Shown here one piece after another: positions 35,046 through 46,678 of a stretch of DNA of 64,000 nt; the first letter of the stretch is position 1; the number at the start of each line of letters is the position of its first letter. The position numbers were made by a program, and so were the translations under genes. The notes beneath the pieces were generated by a model. It was given only the letters and a program-made list of their open reading frames with translations. It ran no database searches and was not told the origin of the DNA. The stretch comes from Coniocarpon cinnabarinum (lineage: Eukaryota), in the NCBI GenBank assembly GCA_051942205.1, contig JAVECO010000113.1, positions 1-64,000 on the forward strand. The letters are read 5' to 3'.

Positions 35046-36191
35046 GTTCAGCAACAAGCTCGGTTGGAATCAGACATTGGAGAAATTTGAAACAAGCTTC
35101 GAGAGCTGATTACGTCGAGAGAGGTGACTGTGCTTGGTGAAAGACTTGACGTGGATGATCTGCGCTTAATAAAACGACACAGGAACGGTTCACGGGCCGT
35201 CGAGTTCGCAGAGGAAAATCTTAATGCTGGTAGTATATCCAAAATAGTTGCCTCAAACGACCCGCCTGTGCAACGTCGAGGGCGGCTATTAAGCGCGGTG
35301 CTTTGTGCGACGGTTTCAAATGTAAAGCCTGACTGATAAACGGGCTACTGTGCAAAGGAGTGGCTGCGACCAAAAGTGTCGCGAATGTGTTGTGCTTTGC
35401 TCAATGGGGGCCGGGCGAGCGACGGGGGAAGCGGTGCGGAAGGAGTGTCAGCCCGGAGTGGTTGAAGAATCGAAGATAGGCCAGGTCGAGACTGCTGTAT
35501 TGGTAATGTCTGTCCGCCAGAAGCTGCTATCGAGGCCGGTAAGCGATGCCGAGGAAACGAGTCAAGGGTGGAGAGAGGCACGACAGGGAACAAAGCACGA
35601 GGACAGGGACAGTCGGGTTGGCCCGCCCTGTGTAAAGATGCCTAGCACTCCGAGGGGTGTGTTTTCGGGACGAGTATGGTGGAGAGAGCAGGTGGTGGTT
35701 GTGTAGAGGGTTGAGAAAAAAAGAAGCGTAAAGCAGGTGGTTGCAAGAGAAGGATGAGGTCAAGGGCCGGCCAATGATGCAGAAGGTGGGGAGGGAGGGA
35801 CGGCCTTGGGGGTTGTGCAGTAGTGTTGCAGGCGGTTTGCAGCCGCGAGAAAGGAAAGGCGAGGTCGCGGCGCAGCACACGCACACGCACACAACAGCGC
35901 AGGTGGCAGGGCAGCTTGACACTGATCAGCAACGCAGACAGCGCATAGATAATCGTACTGCAAGGTACTCAAGGTGAGGTACTGTACAGGAGATGGAGAA
36001 CTCGTGCGAGTCGATGGAGTATAGCAGACCTCAGCCCACCCACGGCTCCTATTCTCTCCCTCTCCCCACCGCGACCCACCCGCCCAAGAGAGCCCGCGAA
36101 TCTCCAGAATCTCCAGAATCTCACCTCGACTTCCTTCCCCCCCTCGTCGCCGTCTGTTCCAGGACTCCGGTTAAGCATCCCGCCCGCGGCA

Positions 36192-36212
36192 GCTAAGCCC
36201 TAAGCCCTAAGC
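36192..36212. repeat. Short telomere-like heptamer repeat (TAAGCCC / GGGCTTA), about 3 copies
   Basis: gctaagccctaagccctaagc, which contains TTAGGG twice on the minus strand. Confidence 0.6.
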
Positions 36213-36825
36213 GACCACACCTCTCGCCTTGCCCGCCACGGGCGTTTCTTGTTGAGAGCAGACGAGCGTGTCAGGCTTAGGTACCTTTCTTCCTCCTCAA
36301 AACTTCTCAACGGCGAGCTGCCCTCCAGCTCGCCCCTTTTCTCTACAGATTCCAGACGCTGTGCGACATGGCGGTGCATTGACAATGACGTGCATGTCGC
36401 TGCTGCTCCCTGCGCTGCACATGCCACACATGCCATCCGGGCCCTCGCCCTGTCGCCCGCAGCAGATCCGGCCATCGGTACTTGGCCGTTTTCAGGGTTC
36501 CAAAGCCTCACGATCTGGATCGCCCACCAGCGCCCGTTGCCCAACAATGCTGCATAACGCTTTCTGCAAGGCATTCGGTCTTCCTTTTGCATCTGCACCC
36601 CCCGTCATTAGGTTCGCACTCGGATGTGTTTCAGCGTCTGTAGACAATAATCGCCCCGTGTCTAGAGAAAAAGGGGTGACCGGCTATCCTGAAACACTGG
36701 CCCACTCCCCCCTTTTCCATAAACGCCGTGGCACTTGTTGCTTCGGCACTTGCACATTGCTCCATACTCTGAGTGCTTCGTGACGTGGCCTAGCTACGTT
36801 GCTCTGTGGACGTCGAGAGCGTGTC

Positions 36826-37498
36826 TCAGTCATCATCCAATCCGAGGGTGACACTGCCCAGCACTGTCATCGCATGCTCTTCATCCGGCTCCGTTCGTGC
36901 CCTGTCTACATCTTGCTCTTCCACATCCACAAACGTCAACCGTTCCTTCGGCCCATAGCTGATGCACAGCTCTTCACCGATCTCAACTGCCCGCAACGTC
37001 ACGTACGTAATGCTGTCATGGCCCTGCTGCACTCCCATGCCCTGCACAAGCCGCGTCTCAGGGTCGATATTTCTCGTCCAGCCGACGTTGCAGCGTCGAG
37101 GGTGGTTCGAATGATTAAACAGACTGCCCAGACCCAATGGTAGAGCCTGGGTCTGAGTTTGACAAGTGCCAAGCAGCCAGTTGTACGTGTAATCGTATAT
37201 GTTGGTCTGAGAGACATGGTCTGTATTCTCCTGTGGGTCTAGAACGAGTACTGGGCACCGTTCTATAATTGTGCGAGCTGGGATTGGACCCCTGGCAAAA
37301 ACACCGCGCCCTGTTCAGATTTGTCAGAGAAGATACGCTTTTTGGCCTTTGAAAGCATTGCGAGTCCGTGCGACCCTAATGCTTGCACTACTAGACGTTC
37401 AACGGGTGACGGGCACCTGTGCGAGGATTGTCCCACCCTGTCTTACCTTTTGCCGTGTTTCCGACGAGGATTAGATTTGGGCATCTGTCTAGGGGCAT
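36826..37498 (-). CDS. Small SET-domain protein lysine methyltransferase (S. pombe Set7-like), 1 intron
   Basis: KG|RGVFARGPIPARTIIERCPVLVL..YTYNW..LGLGSLFNHS..NVGW..YVTLRAVEIGEELCISYG. Confidence 0.88.
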
Positions 37499-37846
37499 GC
37501 CCAGACCGATCAGGTTGGAAGACTCGCCCATTAGGTATAGACTGGATGCACAGTTACAGGAGCGATGGTTGTACTCAAATACCTAACAAGCGATAGTCAA
37601 GCACCTATGCAGAATCTCTAAGAGAGAAAAGCATGTGTGAAGATTTGAAAGCCACATTCGTAAGTCCTGAGTAACGAAACAGTTCTGCGGCTCGCATCGC
37701 AGTATCAAGGCATCGTTCGTTCCCACCTGGGATATTCATCCTCGCTTGTGTAGTGCCCTGCCTATTCCAAGCTTTTGTCAAACCCGCACCGCATAGCCAA
37801 CCCAGTATAGTTTACAATCAGGCGCTGCCGCCGCCCAAAGCTTGGT

Positions 37847-39587
37847 TTATTTCACGCTGACAGTACGCGTCAGGCCTGTGTCAGCACCATCAGCCCTTTG
37901 GCTTGGTGTCGTCGTTGGCTTCTTGAGCTCCACCGGTCGCTCCTCTTCATCATCATCGTCCTCATTCGGCGTGTCTCGGCCAGCTTCCTTCTCTTGCTCC
38001 GCGTCATTTCTCAGATCATATGCCATATCAAAGCACTCATGAAGCAGGGCAGTCACAGTCGCTTGACCTTCGGGAATGTCGCCATTCACAACGAACTTGC
38101 CATCGTGTCTCATGTTATCCAAGGAGTTGAGCTTCATACTATATGGATACAATTCTCTTGCGGATGATACGCCACCAGAGCGCTTGACCTCTACTAGGCA
38201 CTTGCGTAATGTGCTTAGTTGATTATAAATAGGCTGCAAAGCCTCCGAGACTGGCTCCGAGGAAGTGAGCATTTGGTAGATGAATGCGTACGACCTGCGC
38301 AGTAGATAGAGCAATGTGCGCTGCTCGTAGAGCTCGGCAGGCTGCCCTTTGTCATCCACAAAATTTCCGTGGACTCTGCCTTCATCGACCTTATTGAGTT
38401 TGCGCTGAAAGCTGAACAAGTCTGTCTCGCGCAATGACCATGCCTGCGTCAGTTGTAATTTCTCAAGTTGTATGCGGATGCTGTTGAGATGTGCAAATTG
38501 CTCATGGAATCTCGGATCCAGTTTCCCTTGTCGTGTAGTGATGATGTGACTCCAAAGAGTGTTACGCTCCAACAGGTCGCCGATGACCTCCCGGCCCGGC
38601 ATTTGGTTTGTCCCTGAGATTGATGCTGACCGTATCTTGTTGGCGTACTCTTGCAAGCGTTCTTCGATCGACCTGTTCTGATGCGGATCTGGTACGCTGC
38701 GCCCTTGAAACTCATTGGAAATTTCTTGCAATTGTTTCTGAAAGTCCTGCACTTCGTGGGTGGGAAACTAAGGGGGTTGTGTGAGTCTTGATCAATGACA
38801 GTTTCACCATCGCTTACCTTGGATCGGGTGTTGCAGCCTGAAAGCGACCGAAGAATCGAAACAAGCTTCTCGTGCAGAGGCATCAGATCTTCTGGAATAG
38901 GTGCCAGCATCTGTCGCAACTCTTTCAAGGTCTCTCGACATGTAGCTATCCTGGCTTCCAGGAGAGTAAGGATCACATCGTGATGGTGCGGTCGACCCAG
39001 CTCTACAGACTCTTCGATCTTTGTGAGTTGTTGGTCGATGCCGATAATGTCCTTTTCGAGGAAGAATGCTGCTTCTTGGAGGTGGTCTAAGAGGCGCTAG
39101 GGGGACTGTCAGCGGCAAGCGCAAAGTCGTTGGATGGATGTAGGAGTAATCACATTGATTGTAGACACCAGAGAGTAACTGCAATAATCAATGAGTATTT
39201 CACTTGCGGGGAAAGTCCGAGTGGTTCAACTCACGCTGCTGGAGCTTCGTTGCACTTGCCCACGGTCATGAAAAAGAGGCTAATGAGCTGAAGGCAATCA
39301 TCAAGCACGGTGTCCACTTCACGAACATCTGGTCAGCAACAATGCCGGCGCGAGGCAATTCTTAGCAGCTCACATCGATTTTGCTCCAATGGCTTTGATG
39401 TTCTGATTTCATTGAGGACCTCGACCTGCTTGCAGATCTCTTCGTAGTACCCGACCACATCCTGACTCTTGACGTATTTGGTCTTATCTTGTTTGACCAG
39501 GAAGAGTTGATCTCGAGTGTACAGAAGCTTGTCAAGAATGGGCTGTTCTTTCGGATCTACCGGAGCCTTAAAGGCGGGGGAGTCCAT
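37847..39587 (-). CDS. Conserved fungal DUF2408/UPF0662 protein (yeast Cub1/YPL260W-like), several introns
   Basis: EQPILDKLLYTRDQLFLVKQDKTKYVKSQDV..LQLTQAWSLRETDL..LLRRSYA..SSEPVSEAL..RELYPYSMKL..IPEGQ; family recognised from memory. Confidence 0.82.
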
Positions 39588-39983
39588 TTTGACCGCGTGA
39601 ACCGAGTTGCATCAATGAGAGCTGGAATGCACGGAAGGGCAAGGAGGAGAGTTGATGTGATGTGGTACTCCGTAAGCCGTCGCCTAGAATGATCGATGTC
39701 GAGTTTGTGTTGGTAATATGCTTAGGCAACGTATCCGCAAGAAGCCGGGAGCCTTCAGTGCCGCAAACCTTGGGTTAGTGGGGTGAACCTGTGATATCAT
39801 TGGGAAGGTGGAACTAAGGCATGGGCACGTGCGAGTTTGGTTGTAGCCTTGTTTTAGGGGCAACTCACACTGAGTCAAAAAAGAACATCGGCGCACACAG
39901 ACCATTTACATAGATATTGGTTTGGCAAACAACAAATCCTCCCCGAATCCAACACTGACCGCGCATTCTTCCAAACTTTCGCA

Positions 39984-40456
39984 ATGTCTACCGCCGAACT
40001 CGCCTCGTCATACGCCGCCTTGATCCTCGCAGATGATGGCGTCGACGTCACTGTAGGGTGCCCCGCCAAACTTCCACGATCTTCCGCTCGAAACTCATGG
40101 AGCGTATGCTAATCAGATTCCTGCAGTCCGACAAACTCCAAACGCTCATCTCTGCCGCAAACGTTGAAGGTGTAGAGCCGATCTGGACACAACTTTTCGC
40201 AAAGGTATTTTTCGGAAAATGGTGCGCATTACAAGACTGAGATCTGGCATCTAACGAAACCAAGGCACTTGAGGGCAAAGACATCAAAGAGATGCTCACA
40301 AACGTCGGCTCGGGTGGGGGAGCTGCCGCCGCAGCACCAGCAGCCGGTGCTGGTGGTGGCGCGGACGCTGGTGGTGCAGCGACAGAGAAGAAAGAGGAGA
40401 AAGAAGAGGAGAAGGAGGAGTCAGACGAGGACATGGGTTTCGGTCTGTTCGACTAA
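39984..40456 (+). CDS. RPP1: 60S acidic ribosomal protein P1, 2 introns
   Basis: [62 protein letters not shown]. Confidence 0.97.
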
Positions 40457-40626
40457 GCAATATCGTAGCTCGTCGGTGGATGGAGTCAAGTTCGAAATCG
40501 GGTTGCATGGGTTTGAGGGTGCATTATCAATTCGAGACGTCGTTCAGCGAGTTGCACGCAACCAGGCAGAACGATTCACAAGCGAAATGTGGATGCGAAG
40601 TACCTCGTAGATTGCTCTTCTTCTAC

Positions 40627-41760
40627 CTATTCTCCTTGATCCGTCGAGGCGAGGGCGCCTACTTTGCGCCCGCCTTCTTTGCGTTTGAGTCGACACCAGA
40701 GACCGACGTTCTCGTCGCAAATGAATTGCCAGATAACATAAACCCAGCTCTTGTGACTTGGAAGTTCATCGTAAAATTCATGTGCAATATCATGTAGTTT
40801 CCCAAGTCTAGTCCAAGGTATCGCTGGAAAATCGTGATGCTCGTTGTGAAGACCCACGTTGTAACATAACACGTTTAGCGGGCCGTAATAGGAGAATGTC
40901 TCTGGTGGCGGGGCCTTTGCTGTTTCTGGTGTGGCCGGCTTCGTGGGTTGTTGATGCTGGGAAAATATGTAGTGCTCAGCAATGAAGTGCGCTGCGGACG
41001 GATGTAAACTTCCCGCCATGAAAGAGCTGACAATTAGATACGCAAGTGGCCGCCAGCCCAATGCTTGCACTAATGCCGTATCGAACGCAACTTGCACCGC
41101 GATGTTGATTAGGTGAATGTTGGTGATTGGTAGTTGCAGCACGAACATCGGCCGCAGGGCGTAGAAGAAGATCTGAAAGGTGCAGAAAAAAGCCTTGCCA
41201 CCGACTGAATCGAGAAAAACGGCCTCAAACGTCGTAGGTAGGTCCACGTCTAGACCATCAACACCAAGAGACTTGTGATGCGTCAAGTGGTAAGGCCGAA
41301 AAGACGCATAATAAGGTATGCCAACAGGTAAGTTGGCAATCATTGCAAGAGCTCTGTTTGCGTTTGGCGATCTGAAACCCAGATTATGAGAAATTTCATG
41401 GATGGCCAGGAACAGGTTGGCATTAGATGTCCCGCCGACGACGTAGGCTGCGATCAAGAACGTCCATGAGAATACGGGCGTGGATCTCAATAGATATGCA
41501 GTGAGCAGTTGAATACCAACCACGAGGGCCACAACATATTTCGTGAGACGTTCAGGGCCACACAACTTGGTTACCTCCGGATGTGCCTTGATAATTGCAT
41601 TTCGACGTGTTCTGTGAGGCTCTTCGGTATATGTCCAGAAGAAATCTCCATCGGTCCCACTATCGTCGGAAACAGGTCCCGGATTTGCACGCCGTGGAGA
41701 TGAGCACTTGAGCCTTTGCGTGGCGATATCTTGAGTTGTGACCGTAGTAGCGACCGACAT
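40627..41760 (-). CDS. Sphingolipid delta-4 desaturase (DES1-like), intronless
   Basis: DFFWTYTEEPHRTRR and the His boxes HEISHN, HLTHH and HNEHHDFP. Confidence 0.95.
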   Translation of the reverse strand: MSVATTVTTQDIATQRLKCSSPRRANPGPVSDDSGTDGDFFWTYTEEPHRTRRNAIIKAHPEVTKLCGPERLTKYVVALVVGIQLLTAYLLRSTPVFSWTFLIAAYVVGGTSNANLFLAIHEISHNLGFRSPNANRALAMIANLPVGIPYYASFRPYHLTHHKSLGVDGLDVDLPTTFEAVFLDSVGGKAFFCTFQIFFYALRPMFVLQLPITNIHLINIAVQVAFDTALVQALGWRPLAYLIVSSFMAGSLHPSAAHFIAEHYIFSQHQQPTKPATPETAKAPPPETFSYYGPLNVLCYNVGLHNEHHDFPAIPWTRLGKLHDIAHEFYDELPSHKSWVYVIWQFICDENVGLWCRLKRKEGGRKVGALASTDQGE

Positions 41761-43100
41761 GATGCTTGATGTGGCACAAGAAGATAGGTACTCAAGCCTC
41801 GAACGTCCAGCTAGGTAGGTAGGTAAATTTCAGAGGTTCCAGTTAGTCGCCCTGCCAGGCACTAGCTTGAAGGGTCTGCCCCTTAACTGCGGCCTTAGGT
41901 ACAAGGCGTGAATCCATCTAAATCCAAGGCAAGGCGGTGCTGATGGCCTCGCGATCAGTGCCGCAGGCTTGATAAGGCCTGCGACGTTTCGGCAGCGGTT
42001 TCGTATGTTATGCAGGGACAGATAACCGTGACCAAAGGGGTCTCTTGGTTGACACGCCGTCAAACGTTCTTGAAATGGAAGGTTGCCTCCCCCGCTCGTC
42101 TGCCGAGGCTTCAGGAATATCCTACTTTCTTCTTGTGACTGTTGCAGAGCGTAGGGAGGTATTGGTGGTAGCGACAGTTGATACGCGTTCTGCTGCCGAC
42201 AATGAGCTCACAGCGCGCAAAGCCAAGCCGGTCACTCCAAGCTCGAGACACTCTGAGAGATCGCTTGGTCAACTACAGAAAAGTCAGAGCAGTTACGAGT
42301 CGTGTCACACTTTAGACCGAACTCACATCTTGCTCTCCCAGCGAATCCCAGAATCTTTTTGGATCTACCGCGGTCAACCATGAGCATCTCATAGGTCAGC
42401 ATGCAGGCCCTGCATTACCATGCAACCAAACTCGGCCAAGCACCACACCATTCGAAAAGGCGACTGCACGTTTTGTCAAGCCACAGTGTGCCTTGCAGGA
42501 CTTGCGAGTCCACCTCATTGCATTCCAACTGGCTTGTAACGTCCCCGAGGTCTCAGAGGTCTCCAGTGTGACTTGCTATTCCCGCTCGGCAGATCAATGG
42601 CGACCGTTGGAATAGCTGGAGGCTTCAGACAAACTCCTGCGTAGTAACCCCTGCTTGATGGAGCTCCTACTGGCAGAATCGTGCACCTAGGTATACTTGC
42701 AAAAATCAGCCGGTACAGCAAGGAACTGAAAAGGTAAGAGTGACATCCATGTCAAAAGGTAAAGCTACAGTAGTAGTGATGTATCTCCACAACTGCAGAT
42801 CCCTGTTTGCACTAAAGCGCCACGTTTTCCATTGTTTTGCCATATGTGCAAAATCGAGGTCGCTTGCGTTAGCTGTGCGATCGCGAACAATGTATATCTG
42901 AGGTTGCCGACGTTTTAGTGCCATTTGCATATCATAAGATACAATGATCGTCCTTAGCTCCTGCTGCCCGCAACACGTACGATCTCGTCACTTGTTTCAA
43001 AGCACTCTCTTGATCTCTATGACAGAACTCAGTCGGATTCTTCGGATCTCTGGAAAGATCCTTGCCATTCTTTGATTATCCAGGTTCACCTGCGCCTACC

Positions 43101-44261
43101 ATGGCTTCATTTTCTTTTGCTCTTTCTCTCATTCTGCTGACGTTGAAACTCTTCCAATGTACGAACGCGCAAACATGGCCACCAGAAGCGTCCTACGTGG
43201 CTCCTCTCGGTCTCGCAACGGATCCCAAGTTCAGCACTACGGCAAAGCGAGACGGTGGCGGCGGCGGCTACGTCAACGGCTTTCATCTCGTTGGCTTCTG
43301 CGACAGTACAACGCAGTCTGAGCAATTCGGGGGAGTCACGTCTTTTGCGCACAATTCCTTTGCGTACATGGGCTACGACAACGTATCAGACCCTACAGAC
43401 CTGTGGAATTTCGGCAATGTGACCGAAGCGCAGTCTACATACACTTCGATGAACTTTGCAACAGGCTCCGGCACTTTTGGTAACATGTTTAGCTCGGCCG
43501 AGAATGAGACAGGGTCCTTTGCCATGTGGACGACAGGGAACTACGTTCCATCGCACGACGACAAACAAGCACTAGGAATCATGACATGTCTTGACGAAGG
43601 GGCAACTAATCAAGTGTATTACAATACGCTTGTCGGGATCAACGTGACTGACCCCAAGGACACGCCAAGCGATGACAATACTCTGTCTGGCGAACGCCTT
43701 GTGCCACGACTGTTCTATGGTACGGAAAACTTGTATGGCAGCTTCACGCTCTACAAAGCATTGGACAACTTCCTATACCTGTTCGGCACGTCGCAGTCAT
43801 TTATGAAGGGCATAAACGTCGCTCGTGTGCCATTCGATTCTCTGACTGACCGCAACACCTACAACTATTGGAATGGGGCAGAGTGGTCGAGCGCGCAGCC
43901 CGATATGCATGACGCCTCCTCGAACATCTTGAACTTCACCGATAGCATGGGCAACGGACCTAACACGGGCGAAGTCTTCTTCTCCCACTACCACAATCAG
44001 ACGATGTCTGTATTCACAGATGGCGGGGTTGGGGGCACGTTCTGGATGACCTATCCAATGCAAGGCGAGATCATAGACCGATGGAGTGAGCCCGTTGAGC
44101 TGTACACGCCGCCCGCCCCTACAGAAACATGTGACTCAGGCCATCAGTGGAACTATGCGGGCCACGCGTATCCTGATTGGGATCAATCCGGAAAGACGCT
44201 GCTACTGAGCTGGAGCAGTTGCGAGAGCTATATCCACATGGCGACTGTAGTATGGGAGTGA
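43101..44261 (+). CDS. Secreted protein, DUF4185-like (possible beta-propeller)
   Basis: Signal peptide MASFSFALSLILLTLKLFQCTNA, RDGGGGG, YLFG..VARVP..YNYWNG..W and YAGHAYP. Family assignment is from memory. Confidence 0.75.
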   Translation: MASFSFALSLILLTLKLFQCTNAQTWPPEASYVAPLGLATDPKFSTTAKRDGGGGGYVNGFHLVGFCDSTTQSEQFGGVTSFAHNSFAYMGYDNVSDPTDLWNFGNVTEAQSTYTSMNFATGSGTFGNMFSSAENETGSFAMWTTGNYVPSHDDKQALGIMTCLDEGATNQVYYNTLVGINVTDPKDTPSDDNTLSGERLVPRLFYGTENLYGSFTLYKALDNFLYLFGTSQSFMKGINVARVPFDSLTDRNTYNYWNGAEWSSAQPDMHDASSNILNFTDSMGNGPNTGEVFFSHYHNQTMSVFTDGGVGGTFWMTYPMQGEIIDRWSEPVELYTPPAPTETCDSGHQWNYAGHAYPDWDQSGKTLLLSWSSCESYIHMATVVWE

Positions 44262-44694
44262 CCGAGACGCATACCACCACCCAAACCTGGTCGAAGCTTT
44301 GACGCAACTGGCTGCAGCATACTGAATGCCGAAGGGTCCACGCGCAGGACTATTGTACATAGATTAGCGAAGGTGTTGGAGGTCTGGTATATATGAATTG
44401 AATGATACGCCCAACTACGATCCTGCTGCTCTTGTAACTACCAATGCCCTCTAAATAGCTCCTTAGAAGCATAGTCAAGAACTGATAGCATTCTTATTCA
44501 GTGTTTTGGTGTGTTGCCGCTGTTGAAGCTATTCCGATGGCGCCCCATTACGACCGGATTTCGGATTTGTTTCTACAAAGACTAACCGCTTCTGTGGAAC
44601 CTGCTACGTAGCACCTCCAAATTTCACCTCACTACCTCTCTTTCCCAATATATTTATTATCCCTCCTCGACATCCTCCTGTAGCCTTAGTAAAC

Positions 44695-46145
44695 ATGGCT
44701 GCTGCCGCCACCGAGGCCATGAACGGCCTCAAGCGTGAGTTCCCTGACTGACTCTTCCAAACAATCCCCTCTGCGCCGTATCTAACACCCGACCAGTAAA
44801 CGACAAAGCGCAGCCGTCATCCACTCCGAACGACACCAACGGCGCCGACGCCTCCTCTGACTCCGACGACGAACCCCCCGCCAACGGCACCACCCCAGGC
44901 GACGCCACCACCAGCAAAAAGAAGAAAAAGCGCAAGCCCAAGAAGAAAAAGAAGAGCCCCGCCGCCGCAACCGCACAATCAGATCCTCCCCGCGTGCCCC
45001 TCACGCAATTGTACCCCAGCAGCAACTACCCCGTGAATGAGGAGGTCGCCTATCCCGCCGAGAACAGCTACCGCACTTCTTCTGAAGAGAAGAAACAGGC
45101 GGAGCATCTGCAGTATGCTGAGTTTTTGACGGAGTACCGACGCGCGGCGGAGGTGCATCGGACGGTGAGACAGCATGCGCAGCGCTCGATCGAGCCGGGG
45201 CAGACGCTGCATGAGATTGCGCAGAATATTGAAGATGGCGTACGGGCGTTGACAGGGCACGATGAGTTGACTGAAGGCGATAATCTCAAGGGCGGGATGG
45301 GGTTTCCCTGTGGTTTGAGCGTGAATAACTGCGCCGCGCATTATACGCCGAACTCGTCGTCGAAGCCGTGGCATCTGAGTGAGAACGACGTCCTCAAAGT
45401 GGACTTCGGCTCCCATATCAACGGCCGCATCGTTGACTCCGCGTTCACACTCGCCTTCCAAGATCATTACACTCCTCTCCTCTCCGCCGCCAAGGCCGCC
45501 ACCAACGCCGGTGTAGCCGCCGCCGGCATCGACGTCAGAGTCAGCGACATCGGCGCCGCCGTCCAAGAAGTCATGGAATCCTACGAAGTCACCGTCCCCT
45601 CCCCATCCGGCGCCAATTCCCACGACACCCTCAAATCCAACGGCCAAACCCTCGGCACCCAGACCCTCCCCGTGAAGTGCATCCGAAACCTCAACGGCCA
45701 CAACATAGACCAGTACCGCATCCACGGCGGCAAGTCCGTGCCCATCGTCTCCAACTCGGGGGACCAGACCAAAATGGCGGAAGGCGAAGTCTTCGCCATT
45801 GAGACATTCGGGAGCACAGGTCGCGGCTACGTCAGCGACGACATGGAGTGCTCGCACTACGCGCGGATTCCGGACGCGAAAGTGCCGCTGCGCGTGGAGA
45901 GCGCCAAGAAGCTGCTCAAGAGCATCGAGAAGAACTTCGGGACGCTGCCGTTTTGTCGACGCTATCTCGATCGGCTGGGGCACGAGAAGTATCTGCTGGG
46001 ATTGAATGAGCTGGTGCGGGCGCGCATTGTGGAGGATTATCCGCCGTTGTGTGATGTCAAGGGGAGTTATACGGCGCAGTTTGAGCATACGCTTGTTTTG
46101 AGGCCGACGTGTAAGGAGGTGATTTCGAGGGGGGACGATTATTGA
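44695..46145 (+). CDS. MAP2: Methionine aminopeptidase 2, 1 intron
   Basis: Poly-Lys N-terminus, [59 protein letters not shown] and the SRGDDY end. Confidence 0.96.
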
Positions 46146-46678
46146 GGTAGATGTGAGGTGGGATGTTGAAGGGCTTGTGGACGAAGGTGGGATAGTGATG
46201 CTTGGAAGAGAAATCGAGAGGATGCGTAGACGTCTTGGATCGTTGGCTGCGCTTCATAGCGGCGACATTGCCATCGTTGAAGAGCTATTTTATGACCGTG
46301 ATGAACTATACAGGCGGCAGGCATTTGCGGCAGGCAAGATTGTGTCTTTGCCAGAATCGATCTTTTAAAGTCCAAGGAATGCACGCGCAATGAAACACTG
46401 TCATGTAAAACCATATTCGTACCTTGCGGAGAAGCCGTACCGGCCGTTTCATTGAATGCTCATAGTCACGAAACCGTGTATCTATACATGCAAACCTATC
46501 TATACTGAGTCATCAACGCCATGCTTTTGCCGTGTCCTTCCGTTCCATGTCCATTACCAAGGATGCAAACGCATCCTCGTCCAGCAGGAGGCCCCTCCAG
46601 TGAGACTCCGCCAGTAAGTTCAAACGCCACGCTGATGCATGTACAAAATAAAAGCGTAACACAATCGCAGGCAATTGG

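Noticed and set aside
44979..46088. 369-aa antisense ORF opposite MetAP2, and many similar shadow ORFs
   Set aside because: A by-product of GC-rich codon bias in the real genes; no recognisable domains.
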